Assembly (NCBI GenBank): GCA_964016885.1
Contig: OZ024742.1
Location: 314,030,001-314,094,000 of the forward strand
Length of the DNA: 64,000 nt
Direction: 5' to 3'
Source of the DNA: Eledone cirrhosa
Taxonomy: Eukaryota
A model generated the notes under the pieces. The model was not told where the DNA came from. It worked only from the letters and a program-made list of their open reading frames with translations, and ran no database searches. Numbering within the stretch: the stretch's first letter is position 1; each line of letters begins with the position of its first letter. Below, piece after piece: positions 47,075-60,573 of this stretch. The position numbers were made by a program, and so were the translations under genes.

Positions 47075-48541
47075 ATTATTAATAAGAATATCTCTAATCT
47101 TAATCTTTTTGGTGTATATAGATTAGCAGAATCGGTGGACCGTCGGACGGCATGCTTCCTTGTATAGAGTTACGGCCCCTTATGTTCTTAGTTCAAATCC
47201 GTCCGAGGTTAGCGTTGCCTCTCATCGTTACGGGGTCGATAAAATAAAGCACCAGTAATGCACTGGGTTCGATTTAATCGACTTTTCCCTCTCCCAAATT
47301 GTTGGCCTTGTGCCTAAAGTAGAAATAATTATAGGAGTTAGATTTTGGTTTTTAGTAATGTATTCATGTTCAATTTATGAGACTTCTTTCAAAAACTTGT
47401 AAACACTTGATTAATTTTGTAAAACTAAACATCAAAAATTCAAACTTCAGTGATTGCCTAAAATAAAAAGGGAGCAACCGACACCAACATTATTTCATCT
47501 ATTGACGAGACTCTGGAGGACTAGAAACGTTACTGTTTGGTTAGAGAACCTTATTTTTTCCAAATAACGAAGAAACTCATGAAAAATATATATAAAAAAC
47601 AGTGATAAAAAGATAAAACTAGTTCACGCATATACCTGAGCGGGCACATAAAATTATTTCATGGTATCCTATTCTACAAATATTTTACTAAGCCCATGCC
47701 TAAACAAATTTTCACAAGCTGCTCCTACAGAGGACTAATACTTAAGTAAAACCGCAATTTGATATAAAAGTTCGTTTAAATCATATTCATTTGAGGAATC
47801 TTAAATATAAGATGAAACATAAAATCGGTGAAAAAGTAGTAATATCTATTCACAATATTATAACAAATACATTCACTCAACAACATGCATAACATAGTGG
47901 GTAGGTATGGCGCTCACAAACTTAATGACGTGGTTTCGCTTCCAGAAAATAACGATTCGATGTGTTCTTGAAGAAGACGCGTCATTTTACGATCTTCTGG
48001 TTCACATAGCTGAAATAATTGTTTCTACTTTAGGCACAAGGCCAGCAATTACCAGTGCATTACTGGTACTTTATTTTATCGACCCCGTAAGGATGAAAGC
48101 AAAGTAAACCTCGGCGGGATTTGAACTCAGACCGTAAAGGGACGTAACTATGCTGGAAAGCATGGCGTCCGACTTTCTACCGATACTGCCAATCCACCAA
48201 TGAGTACTAGCAGTGGTTGGGTTTAACCCTTCGTCGAACTTATCTCCGCTCACTTACAGTTCTTTTGAAACAAATGAGTACTGGGATAATATGAATAACT
48301 GAAACCAATTTAAGGCGGAACATTTAATGACTGAGATTAGTAAAAAAATCTCTCCCTATCCCTCCCCGCTATCTGCCTCTATCCATTCCCCCCTCTCTCA
48401 CTCTCTCTGTCTCTTTACGTTTCCCGATAAGAAATATTACTTAAGAAATTGTTTTCTCAATATTGGCATTCCAGTATATACAAGTACACACACAAATAAA
48501 CAAACAAGATATTTTACGAGACGGTCATGCATTTTATACAC

Positions 48542-48667
<126 letters not shown>

Positions 48668-49543
48668 ATATATACAACTATATAAGTATATATGCATGTA
48701 TATATATTATATATATGTGTGTGTATATATTATATATATACATACATATATATATATATACACATATATACATACACACATATATATACATACATACATA
48801 CGACATAAGCTTTGTAAGAGATAAGAGAAACAAAATTAGCTCAGTGGGAAATAAAACGAATGCGGAAATGAAGCCGGATCATAGCATTGGAGCACCAAAT
48901 GCCTCCTATAGTAGAGTCCTCAACACCCAAACACCAAGCATAATTTTACTAATCTGATCAGTATGGTTTTCTACTCCTGCAGAGACACCAGAAATAGTTT
49001 GACTACAATGACCATCAACTTCGGATATTCCATACGACCATTTCCTTTTCGTCTTTGGCAACATTATACTCAATAATTATGGTTCCTGCTGGGATATTAA
49101 ACATAAGGAAAAAAGGAAATTATATAAGATATTTGAAGAAGACTACTGTGATTAAGATATTTAGTTTTTAAAAAAACATTTCTAGGCTATTAATAAAGAA
49201 CAGCCGTAGCAACAAAAACAACAACAGCAACAACCACATAAACTAAGAGCAATGAATAGAAGCAGCAGCAATAGAAGCAGCAGCAATAGCAGCAGTTGCT
49301 GTTGCTGCTGTTGCTGCTATAGAAACTTGAGGAACCACATATACAAGAGGAATAACACGGATATATCATCATCATCATTATCATCATTATCGTCGCCGTC
49401 GTCGTCATCATCTTTATTATCGTCCCCCTCCCTCCTCCTCCTCCTCCTCAGTATCATCATCATTATCCTAATCCTCATCACCATCACCCTCATCACCATC
49501 ATCATCCTCATCATCACCATCATCACCACCATAACAAAATAAT

Positions 49544-49729
49544 TGTTTCTACATTTGGCACAAGGCCAGCAATTACCCAGTACATTACTGGTACTTTACT
49601 TTATCGACCCCGTAAGGATGAAAGGCAAAGTTAACCTCGACGGGATTTGAACTCAGACCGTAAAGGGACGTAACTGTGCTGCAAAGCATGGCGTCTGACC
49701 CTCTACCGATACTGCCAATCCACCGCCCT
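49544..49729 (-). mobile_element. Full-length SINE family 1 with a 16-bp TSD
   Basis: ACCATAACAAAATAAT at 49528-49543 and 49730-49745. Confidence 0.92.
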
Positions 49730-50938
49730 ACCATAACAAAATAATACTGATAATAACCATAATATTTATTATTAATATTTATGCGTCTTTTAGGGAGATG
49801 TAAAGAGCTAAACATGGTAATATTTCGTCAAATAGATTATAATATTTAGTTTGATCTATTCACTTTATGAGGTTATATTCCATTAAATTTGTCTATACCT
49901 TTTAACCTCTCTAGTTTGATAAAGTAAACACCAATAATACACTGGAATTCATTCAATCGACTATTCTTCCATCTCAATAAATATTTGTCTTATGGTACCT
50001 AAGTCAGAGATCAATATGATTAAAAAAAAAATTGGATTTAGAATAAGGCAAATTATTTTGTGGTGAGATATTATGAGATCGATTAAATCGATTTGCGTTT
50101 GTTGGTGGAACTAACAGGATCCAATAATAGAGCTTCTACGTCGTGATTTAACCAGCTAGAAAATGCAACCTAATCTCTCTCAAATTACGCCCCACTGTTT
50201 TAAATCAATAAAAGAAACTCAAATCAATATAATCGAAACTTACTCTAATCATCTGAGCATTGGATATGGGAATCAGCATTTTTAGACTCTGAGTTCAAAT
50301 CCCATCGATGTCCTCTTTGCATTTCAACCTTTAGAGGTCGATAACAAGTGCCACCCCAGTGCTGGTGTATCCAGCTTTCTTTCCAGGTGTCACATCTTGG
50401 ATTTGCTGCTGGATCAATAGAGGGAGGACTCTGTGTGTCTATATCCGCACACAACTACGTGCTTACCTAAAACCCTTAGTTAAAGGATGGTATATGCTAC
50501 CAAGTAATACTTGATTGTGAGTGATGGCTGTGGTTTGTTTTACATAATTTCTAAAAGACGGAATCTGCGGCGAAGTAGCAAATTTGTTAGAATGTTGGAT
50601 AGAATGTTTTGCGGTATTCATTCCAGCTTTCTGCGCTATCTGAGTTCAAATACCATCCTTTCAAGGTTGCTAACGTAGTACCAGTCCAGTACTGGAACCG
50701 ACTCTTACTCTATATTCCTACCCGCTTCCTTTCTATCACTCTATTTCCTTCTCTAGAAGTTCATCTCTGGAGAAGGTGTGAGCTCCGCCAGGTTTAAAAT
50801 TTGCAAGACACGCTGTTGTCACTATAGCGCCCCAACGTCTCCACCAAGACTTGCGTATTTATACTACAATAAACGAAGGAATATTTATGCTTGAAATACT
50901 TTTGATGATAGTCTGCTCGATCAATGTTGACCTGAGGT

Positions 50939-50939
<1 letters not shown>

Positions 50940-51021
<82 letters not shown>
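50940..51021. repeat. (AAC)n microsatellite
   Basis: Direct trinucleotide repeat. Confidence 0.95.
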
Positions 51022-51022
<1 letters not shown>

Positions 51023-51654
51023 TCATCAGCAAAACAGGCAATAACTTTATTGACTTCTGAATTTAACATTTGCAAGCAATTTCAAATTAGTTTCCGTCGA
51101 TATTTAAATCGGTCAATGATCAAGCGTATGTTATAGAAAATGTCTGGAAGAAGTCTAACGGAAAGAATCAATTAACGAATATATTCAACCTGATCATTAA
51201 AGCTTTGATCAATCTGTATCGATCATAGAATAGGGAGTATTTCCAATCACATGGTGATCACACAATCCTATTTTGCGGCTTCTTTTATGTAATGGAAATA
51301 CTTGTCAATGTATTCTTTGTATCCCAGTTCACTCATATTTCCTTTAAACCATTGATGCTTCATATTGAGAGATGTTTTGCCCAAATATATTTATATCATG
51401 CCGGAACATTAATGTCTGATATATTCATACACAAATAGCATACCATCTTAACTGATACACAGGATATAACTAAAGACATTTTTTACTTGTTTTCTATAAG
51501 TAAACTATGTTAATTTCATCATATTTTCGCGCGAACTGTTCATATCGATACTCATATAATTGGACACTTTGGTAGATCAAATTCGCGTGCACACGCCTAC
51601 TATATACATCTGTACATCTGTCTGTGTTGAAGTCTTTACATGTATGTGGTGTGC

Positions 51655-51730
<76 letters not shown>

Positions 51731-51832
51731 GGTGTATAAGGGTTTAGATATGCGGGATAGAGTTAGGGGGATATGTGTAAATGAAATAATTATACAATAT
51801 ATATACGTATATATACATGCATGCTTATTTAT

Positions 51833-52458
51833 ACTTCTGGTTTCATAGTTTTATAAATCTTTTACCAATAGAAAGAGAGAGAGAGAGAAAGAGAGAGAGT
51901 CGAGTTCTAACATAGATAAAAGACTTTCTCATAAGGATTTACACATCAACTAGGTAGATATGTATGCATGTCTGCATGCATATGTGTGCAAGTATGGATG
52001 TTAATGTATGTGTGGGTGTGTATTTTTTTAGTTATATTTGTGTACGTGCATATGCTTTGTACCTGTACATGTGTATATGCAGTTATTAGGTGCAGAACTT
52101 TTGGAATGTTTTACATATTTTTACTGTTCCATAATGGATTGTTCTTGTAATTTCCTAACTAGTCGTGTTCTTTCTGTTTCTGTGAAACCCAGCTTCTCAA
52201 GATTTGTACTGAGGCAGTTACTAACATCCCAGTGCCCCAATAATCACAGGTATAAATCTGAAGGCATTTTCAGGGTGGAGTATCTGCAGATTTCTCATTA
52301 GTTCTGCATAGATATTCTCCTTTTCGCTAATCTTTGATATCTGCTGCGCAGCTAACTTCCAATACTGTGCATGCATTCTTTTCCCTGTCATTACATCTGG
52401 TCTGTTATGCCTGCATTTTATTAGGGTTTTGACTGGAACATTCCACCAGTACTCTTTC

Positions 52459-52460
<2 letters not shown>
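51833..52460 (-). mobile_element. 3' fragment of a second RLE (R4-like) non-LTR family next to (CATA)n
   Basis: [20 protein letters not shown]...EKENIYAELMRNLQILHP...FIPVIIGALG; the 5' junction runs into (CATA)n at 52461-52523. Confidence 0.8.
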
Positions 52461-52489
<29 letters not shown>

Positions 52490-53015
52490 TGTATGTATGT
52501 ATGTATGTATGTATGTATGTATGTCAAAGAGCAAAGGAGCTCTTAAGAGTCAATGGCCATCCAAAATCACCGGGAGAGATGACCCCTTAGCCTTTGTCAA
52601 GGCAGAATTCTAGGAGAAGGAAAACTCTGATATAACACCTGCAACCCTGATGGTATCCAATGATGTTGACTTGTTCTTCTTTTTGGTAAATATCATCTTG
52701 GTTCAGAGAGTGGAACTGGCTTTGTGCAGTGCCTTTGCTCACTATAAAAGCTTCACGGTACAGGCATTGCTTTATATCTGGAGATCTCTCTGCACTTGTC
52801 GTCACATGGTACCATGGGCCCAGCACTATGTGTCAATAATTGTCACAAGTGTAGTGTTTGTACCAGAGTTTTCAAGTCGCTGGCTGGACTAAAAGGTCAC
52901 ACTCGTTCAGCGCCTCGGTAGGGGTTCTCCTACATGGATATAAAGTAGTGGCCATACTCGAAAACGAGTTGGCAGCCACCATGTATGTATGTATGTATGT
53001 ATGTATGTATGTATG

Positions 53016-53312
53016 TTCTGGTTTTATAATTTCACAAATTTTTACCAATAGAGAGAAAGTCGGTTTCTAACATAGACACAAGACTCTCTCATTCGAATTT
53101 AAACAACATCAACTAGGTAGATTAAATATGCATGCATGCATGTATAGATATGTATGTTATTGTATGTGTGGATGTGTATGTTTTGAGTTCTATGTGTGGC
53201 ATGTGTATATGCTTTGTATCTGTACATGTGAATATGCAGTTATCAGATGCAAAATTTTGGAATATTTTACATATTTTTACTATTCCATTAATGGATTGTA
53301 CTTCTAATTTCC
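53016..53312 (-). mobile_element. Second copy of the CATA-associated RLE family (ORF end + 3' UTR)
   Basis: Homologous to 51833-52155; (TATG)n on both sides. Confidence 0.8.
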
Positions 53313-53635
53313 TATGTATGTATGTATGTATGTATGTATGTATGTATGTATGTATGTATGTATGTATGTATGTATGTATGTATGTATGTATGTATTTATG
53401 TATCTATGTATGTATGTATGTATGTATGTATGTATGTATGTATGTATGTATGTATGTATGTATGTATATACATGTGCATGTGTGTACATATATGTATATA
53501 TATATGTGTGTATATGCATATATGTACACATGTATATGCATATATGCATATTTGATATATATTTATCCTTATCGAGCCCCCTTTGGATTTTAGTCTTCAC
53601 ATTTGTTATTATTATTATATATATGTATGTATATA

Positions 53636-54530
53636 CGAGGTGGGTCAGAAAAGTTCCAGAACTGATGTCACAAAAGATTTATTTCAAACCCAAACTTCAC
53701 ACTAAGAGTTTTCTCCTTCAAAGTAATCCCCCTGGAGTCTAATGCACTTTTCCATCCTTTTCTGCCACGCTTGCATGCACTCCTGGAAGGATTCTTCCGG
53801 GATCCTCCGCAGTTCCGTCCTCACGGCCTTTTTGAAGTCGTCCACGTCTTCAAAACGGGTCCCCTTCGGGTCGTACTCGAAAATCCATGACTCATCACCG
53901 GTGATGACTGTCCCTACCAAGTCTGGTTCGCTTTCAAGACGCTCGAGGATGTCCTGGCACACTTGCATGCGTCGACCCTTCTGGTCATCGTTCAGCAGTG
54001 TTGGCACCATCTTCGTGCAGACTTTCCGCATGTCCAAATCTTCAGTGAGAATCTTCCAGATGCTGTCCCGATTCATGCCCAGCTCATTTGCCATCAGTCG
54101 AACAGTCAGCCGACGATCGCTACGCACCATCTGCCCGACGCGCTCAACGTTGACCTCAGTCCTGGTTGTTGAGGGCCTTCCGCTCCTTGGGTCACCTTCC
54201 ACGTCCTTGCGTCCTTCTTTAAGCCTCTTGCACCACTCAAAAACACGTGAGCGTGACATCGTCTCATCTCCATACATTTGCTGCAGCGATCCCAGTGCTT
54301 CTGACGGAGTTTTCAAGTTTGTTCGTTGCTCTGTGCTCATTGCTTGACGACCTGAAACAGAGGACACATATATAAAATTATGAAGAAAACAGTTTGATCG
54401 CTGCAGAGAACTAAGATTACAGTTACATACTCCAGGGGATTACTTTGAAGGAGAAAACTCTGAGTGTAAAGTTTGGGTTTGAAATAAATATTTTGTGACA
54501 TCAGTCCTGGAACTTTTCTCACACACCTCG
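53636..54530 (-). mobile_element. Internally deleted mariner DNA transposon with ~100-bp terminal inverted repeats and TA TSD
   Basis: TA-CGAGG...CCTCG-TA; 53636-53738 matches the reverse complement of 54428-54530. Confidence 0.92.
53702..54367 (-). pseudogene. Mariner transposase with an in-frame deletion of most of the DD34D domain
   Basis: HTH region, RSGRP, KMVP, ITGDESWIFEYDP joined directly to KGTRF...QGDYFEG. Confidence 0.9.
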
Positions 54531-54741
54531 TATATATTAACTCCAGGAAAATCCCTTGTTGAGTGTTTTAATCTATTGTAATATTGTATTCGTTCACTAA
54601 TAAACGAACTATACTAATCTTTGGTTATATATATACTGTGTATATATATATAGATAGATATAGATATATCTGCATATATATATATATATATATATAGTGA
54701 CGAAATATAAGTCAATTGCATGAACTGATAATCCTTTATTT

Positions 54742-54799
54742 ACTGCTATATATATATTTCGATGATAGCCATTGAATGGCTATGACCTCATCAGGCAGT
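54742..54799 (-). ncRNA. Well-formed type I hammerhead ribozyme motif
   Basis: actgc CTGATGA ggtc-atagccat-tca-atggctat-catc GAAA tatatata TA gcagt, followed by AATAAA. Confidence 0.8.
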
Positions 54800-55052
54800 T
54801 AGTCAGTTCTTAGATATGCCAGCTCTGTGTTTATAGTGTTGATGGTATCAGAGCCTTGGGACATATGTATATATCTGCATATATATCTTCATATAATATA
54901 TATATACATGCAGATATATACATACATATATACATACATATATAATATATATATATATTAGAAAGTGAGGTTTTTTTTACAAAATGAAAAATAACCGAGG
55001 TGTCCTACACGAGTGAAAGTATAAAGAAAAAAATGATGAAATCGAAAATGAA

Positions 55053-55090
55053 ACTTTACCGGTTTCGCAGTTCTTCTGCTTTTCAAAAGT
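55053..55090 (-). ncRNA. Minimal hammerhead motif, U3-A8 variant
   Basis: actt TTGAAAA gcag-aagaa-ctgc GAAA ccgg TA aagt. Confidence 0.7.
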
Positions 55091-55123
55091 AGAGTTGAGC
55101 TGGAGGGTCTGTGGTTTTTCTCA

Positions 55124-55172
<49 letters not shown>

Positions 55173-55656
55173 TATATATATATGCAGATATATCTATATC
55201 TATCTATATATATATATACATATATGTAAACACACACACAGACGTACACACAGACACATACCCCTTCTCCACATACCCCCCACACTCATACCCCTTCCTC
55301 GCATACCCCCACACACACTCGGATATATATATATACATATATAAACACACACACATATGTAATTACATGCATGTTCATGATAAATATGTTAGCACATTCT
55401 TTCCCGAACACCATCCATTACTAGTCTACCTTATATAAACAAACCAATGCTTTCATTACTCTAACGTTATGCACATTCTTAATAGTTCCTTGCTGATCAA
55501 AGTCATCTACACACATATGTATAAACACATATATATTCACAAATACATGCATACACATGCATACACATTCTCACTTCCTGCTCATCCCTTTTATTTTCCA
55601 GTATTTTCCTCATGAAATACTTAATATCTAGTGTATGTATATTCTTCTGGTTTTTA

Positions 55657-55781
<125 letters not shown>

Positions 55782-55925
55782 GTGTGTGTGGGTGTGTGTA
55801 TGTATGTATATATGTATATATATAATATATATATATATATATATTTACACTTTTACTCTTTTACATATTCCAGCCATCCGGCTGAGGCCATGCTGGGGCA
55901 CCGCATGGAGAGAGAAAGAGATAGA

Positions 55926-55984
<59 letters not shown>

Positions 55985-55990
<6 letters not shown>

Positions 55991-56610
55991 TTTCTAACAT
56001 AGAAACAAGACTCTTTGATTGGAATTTAGACAACAAAATGCATATGTATGTTTGTATGCACTTGTGTGTGTGTACATGTATGGTTGTTATTGTATGTGTG
56101 GATCTGTAAGTTTTGAGATATATGTGTACACGTGCATATGACTCCGTATCTATGCAGTTATTACGTGCAGAATTTCTGAAATGTTTTACATATATTTTTA
56201 GTTCCATTAATGGACTGCACTTTCAATATCCTACCTAGCCGTGACTCAGTAATCACAGGTACAAATCTAAGGGTATAATCAGAGTGAAACATCTGCAGAA
56301 TTCTCATTAGTTCAGTATTGATTGGCAGTATCAGTAGAGGGTCGGACACCATGCTTTGCTGCATAGAGTTACGGCCCTTTATGATCTGAGTTCAATTCCC
56401 GCCGAGGTTAACTTTGCCTTTCATCCTTAGGGGGTCGATAAAATAAAGTACCAGTAATGCACTAGGATAATTACTGTCCTTGTGACAAAAGTAGAAACAA
56501 TGTTTAACATTATATACTGGGCAGCTAATTTCCACCGCTGCGTATTCTTTCTTTTCTCTGTCCCATATTATTATGTCTGGTCAGTTATGTTTACATTTTA
56601 TTGAAACTTT
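55985..56610 (-). mobile_element. Third, more decayed copy of the CATA-associated RLE family, interrupted by a SINE family 1 copy (56316-56500, +)
   Basis: KVSIKCKHN*PDIIIWDREKKEYAAVEISCP and ELMRILQMFH...FVPVI; shares the 3' UTR. Confidence 0.72.
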
Positions 56611-56905
56611 GGGTGATATTCTTCACTGAAAACATTCATGGTGGTCAGGCTGGTGCACCTTTATTATAGATCTGCTCGAGCGGAGGTGTCCCGAGATAAA
56701 CAACAACAATAACAACAACACTACCTCATGCATAATCGACACCCGAAGCTATAACAGAAACATCGCCCCTCATACAACACATACTATACATAATTACCAC
56801 ATCCACGCAGCACCTACTTTATTCAGACACATTCCAACAAAATGACTCAACTAACATTGTGCATAGTTTACACAAAATAGCGTAGAGACACTAAAGTCAC
56901 ACCAG

Positions 56906-56937
<32 letters not shown>

Positions 56938-56971
56938 TTAAATAGATGTTAGCATAGAACCACAGTTATCT

Positions 56972-57233
56972 TTGGTCTGTCTTAAGCCAGAAGGCTCCTT
57001 AGGCCGGTGTTTATCCCGGTTTCGTAGCGTGAAGCGACTAATAGTACAAGACTCCCCCTCCTGGACAGGACGCCAGTCCATCACAGGGTTAAACCGCCAG
57101 CTATTGCTGGTTCTCATTTTCAGTTGAGTATACTGGAGCAACGCGAAATGAAGTGTTTTGCCCAAGAACACAACACACCACCCAACCCAGGAATCGAACC
57201 CATGATATTATGATCGTAAGTCCAACACCCTTA
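56972..57233 (-). mobile_element. tRNA-derived SINE family 2
   Basis: B box GGTTCGATTCC, then TCTTGGGCAAAACACTTCA and CCTGTGATGGACTGGCGTCCTGTCCAGG, which resemble conserved central SINE domains (CORE/V type; assignment unverified). Confidence 0.7.
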
Positions 57234-58429
57234 CGACAATGCCGAACCGTACTCCACAGTGCATTTGGGGGTGCAATAGAATACTTCAGAATCCACCTCG
57301 TCATCGGTGTCATCGTTGTTGTCACTACTAGCATAATCAGCATTATCGATGGAACTTGCATAATTCTTATAGATTTTAATATTAGACGAAAGCTTTATCT
57401 CAGATGTAAGAATAGATTGAATTTGATATCTCAGAATTAAATATATTGAAAGGAAAAAAGACTACATGTCTCTTGCGTAGTAAAGAAGAAAAACAAGACA
57501 TGAGGTACAAGGCTAGAGTATCGTTATTAGAGACATAAGAACGTAAAAGAAAATAATAAATATGAATCCCACCCCCCCTCTCTCTCTCTCTCTAACTTCC
57601 TATCTCTCTCTCTAACTCTCGATCTAAATATACAACTAACTGACATTTGTTCACCTTCAGAATTTAAGAAAAAAAAACAAATAGCTTAATTTTCTTTTAT
57701 CTTTGGACTAAAAATGGTTTTGATTCAATCAATTTTATTATAACATTAATACCAAGGGGGTACTACAGGAGAGCTGGTCTCAATATGTACATAGATTTAT
57801 TTGTATAGTAACAAAGCCTTACATTTGTTCAGTTGGGAATAAATAAGATTGCATATGTTTGTTCTGTTTCCATATGTAATTTACATAAGAAGTAATTGAA
57901 CTGGGGGAATGATTCTAATCCTGACAATCTCACATCTTTATCAAAAGCACACGTATGTTGGGATTCCCACTGAAGCATACAACTGCATATTTACAAGAGA
58001 AAGAGAAATAAGACTCTGTGATTCCCATGTCGTATGTCAAAAGTTTGTACTATGATGGTGGAAAAAGCCAAATGGAAACAGACGGGAAGCGAAGTCATAC
58101 GACAAATTTGTACGCTCTGACTTTGTTACCCATCAATCTCTTCGTATCTATATTGATTTTCTACATATTTTATTTTTATTCCTGTATTTCCAGATTTAGG
58201 TTTAGAAAGGTGAACACGGTAAAATAATTTCGATTAGTTTTTATGGAGTGCCAGGATAAGTATGTGGATGGATATTTTGTGATTGCATTTGATTAACGTT
58301 ATATAAGCTAAAAGTCTTACTAAGCATATGTATGCAATTCTCTAGTTTATTCAGTTACCTATTCGCTGTTTTATTGATTATATGAAGCTACCTAGCAACG
58401 TTTTAGATGTCATTTTCGTTTTCCCTTTG

Positions 58430-58486
<57 letters not shown>

Positions 58487-58737
58487 CTTACCTATCTATC
58501 TATTCGTCTATCTATCTATCTATCTCGCGTAGTACAGACGCGTACAACATCGGCTCCTGCCTTTTTGAATTTTTACCTATTGACAGTAAGTGTTTGTTTC
58601 TTTATTGTGTTGTGTTCGTGTCTTTTGACCACCCGGCTAGGTCTGTAGACGGGTGGTCATCGTATTTTTACCCTTTTTGGTTGTAAAAACTACTCCTAAA
58701 AATGTTTTGCTGACTCACATGGTAAAAAATTGACGCC

Positions 58738-60549
58738 ATGTCGGTAGCACGTGTGAACGAAAACGCCGCGCTCACTAAGGAAGAAGAGAGAAAGAAGCAA
58801 GCGGTACAAAGCGCTTTGCTTTCCCGCGTCAACGTTTTAAAAGACATTGTAAAAGGCGATATGCCGGACAAACAAGTAAATACGGGTGCAAACCCAATTA
58901 ATTACAACGAAAACACTAACAATGACAAAACCAACACACCAAATGAGAAAGACAACAACAAGAAAAATGAAAATAACTCAAACTACGAGGAACAACGAGA
59001 AACAAATCAACTCAAACACCAACATCGTAAACAAAATATCTTTAGCACAGACTGCTAAAAAAAATCAGTCACCTATGTGCTTGAGGATATAACAAATGCT
59101 AAATAAATGCTTGAAGAAGCAAAAAAATATGTATCTTTTGGCGAAAATGGATCTTTTTCCATCAATTCGCCCCCAGAACTAAAAAAACAGACGGAATTAC
59201 GAACTGTTGTATTCCGTACAATTGCCAACAAAACAAGAAAACCAGCACAACCATCTCAAGCTGAAATTCAGATGGTCCGAAAAGAGGGTATGAAAGATAT
59301 AATTTTCATACAAAAGGATAAACTCTATGGGAGTTTATCCATATTGATGAAAGACGAATTGGCGGCGAAAGAATATTCTGTGTCGCCAATTCGTTCCACG
59401 CATTACACCTTTTTTCCAACCTACATGGGTAAAAAAACTCCAAAGAATTTGGATAAGCACCATCACCCCAAACATAAACTACTGGTGGTTACTAACCGGT
59501 TTCGTCAACTTGGACGAGGACAACCTTATATCAATAGGGAAGGCATCCGGCGACGCGTTCAGTGGAACGAGCATTGAAGTTCTGACCCAAATAAGGCCAG
59601 AACGTATCGCCCAACTCCCTGAACGTGTCATGCTGGATGACCGTACCCACCTCAACATTATTGTGGAGGGTAGGTGTCCCTCCTGTAACCTCTGTGGCGA
59701 CAGAGGTCACCTGAGGGCTGCCTGTCCCCAGCTCACACCGAAAAAACCATTGCTACCAACACCCAACAAAAACATAAAAAACAACCAACATCACCACCAC
59801 CCCAACAACAACAACAAAAACAACCACAACAACAACAAAAAAAACCAACACCACCACCACCACAACAACAACAAACACGTGAAAAAATAACACAGAACAC
59901 TGTCCCACCCAACCCCTCCCCACCCAAAACAAATACAAAAACACACACACCGCAAACACTACCAGAAAACATACCCCTCTCACCCAACAAGGAAGACGAA
60001 CCCCTTTCGTCGCAAGACGAAAAAGATCCCTTCAAAATAGTAAAAAGAGAGAAGAGGAGGCGCACCACAGACACACTTATTAACATAAGCCCTCCCCAAG
60101 AGAAAACAAACTATATACACCCCCCTCCCCTTCACACAACACTAACTGCTACGCAAAAAAAGACTTTACAATATACATACATGAACACAAACAACAAAGA
60201 ACTAATGAACACAATTTCGTCAAACCCTTCGGTCCAAACTGAAGGGCCTAACTTTCTAACTGCTGTGGGACTACCTCATTTAAAAATGGTTAAAGTCCCA
60301 ATGAACTTATTCAAAACATTGAAAATAAATTTCATGGAGGACGTACCCCCACCCCCCTGCCATAAGCCAATCAACCGCGTCCTCCTAAAAAATTTCCCCA
60401 CCCCCACCCAGACACCCACTCAACTACAAACACCCCAACCCCACAACACACTGATGCCCCTACACTTCCACAAACTACCACCCCACCCAACAACCCACCC
60501 CACCCTCATGGAAATTGAGCGGCCCAATCCCCGGGCCGCAGAGAGGTAA
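58738..60549 (+). pseudogene. A4 ORF1, frameshifted
   Basis: Pieces match A1 ORF1: GENGSFSINSPPELK, QKDKLYGSLSILMKD, CNLCGDRGHLRAAC, PTLMEI...AER*. Confidence 0.88.
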
Positions 60550-60573
60550 GTGCCTTTTCTCCTTACCACCAAC

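Noticed and set aside
49190-49542. Poly-Ser/Ile/Asp ORFs as a host exon
   Set aside because: Mixed trinucleotide repeats with no splice or homology support.
54843-54855. TGGTATCAGAGCC resembling an LTR-retrotransposon primer-binding site
   Set aside because: No adjacent LTR ending in CA and no gag/pol; it matches the plant-type initiator tRNA; likely chance.
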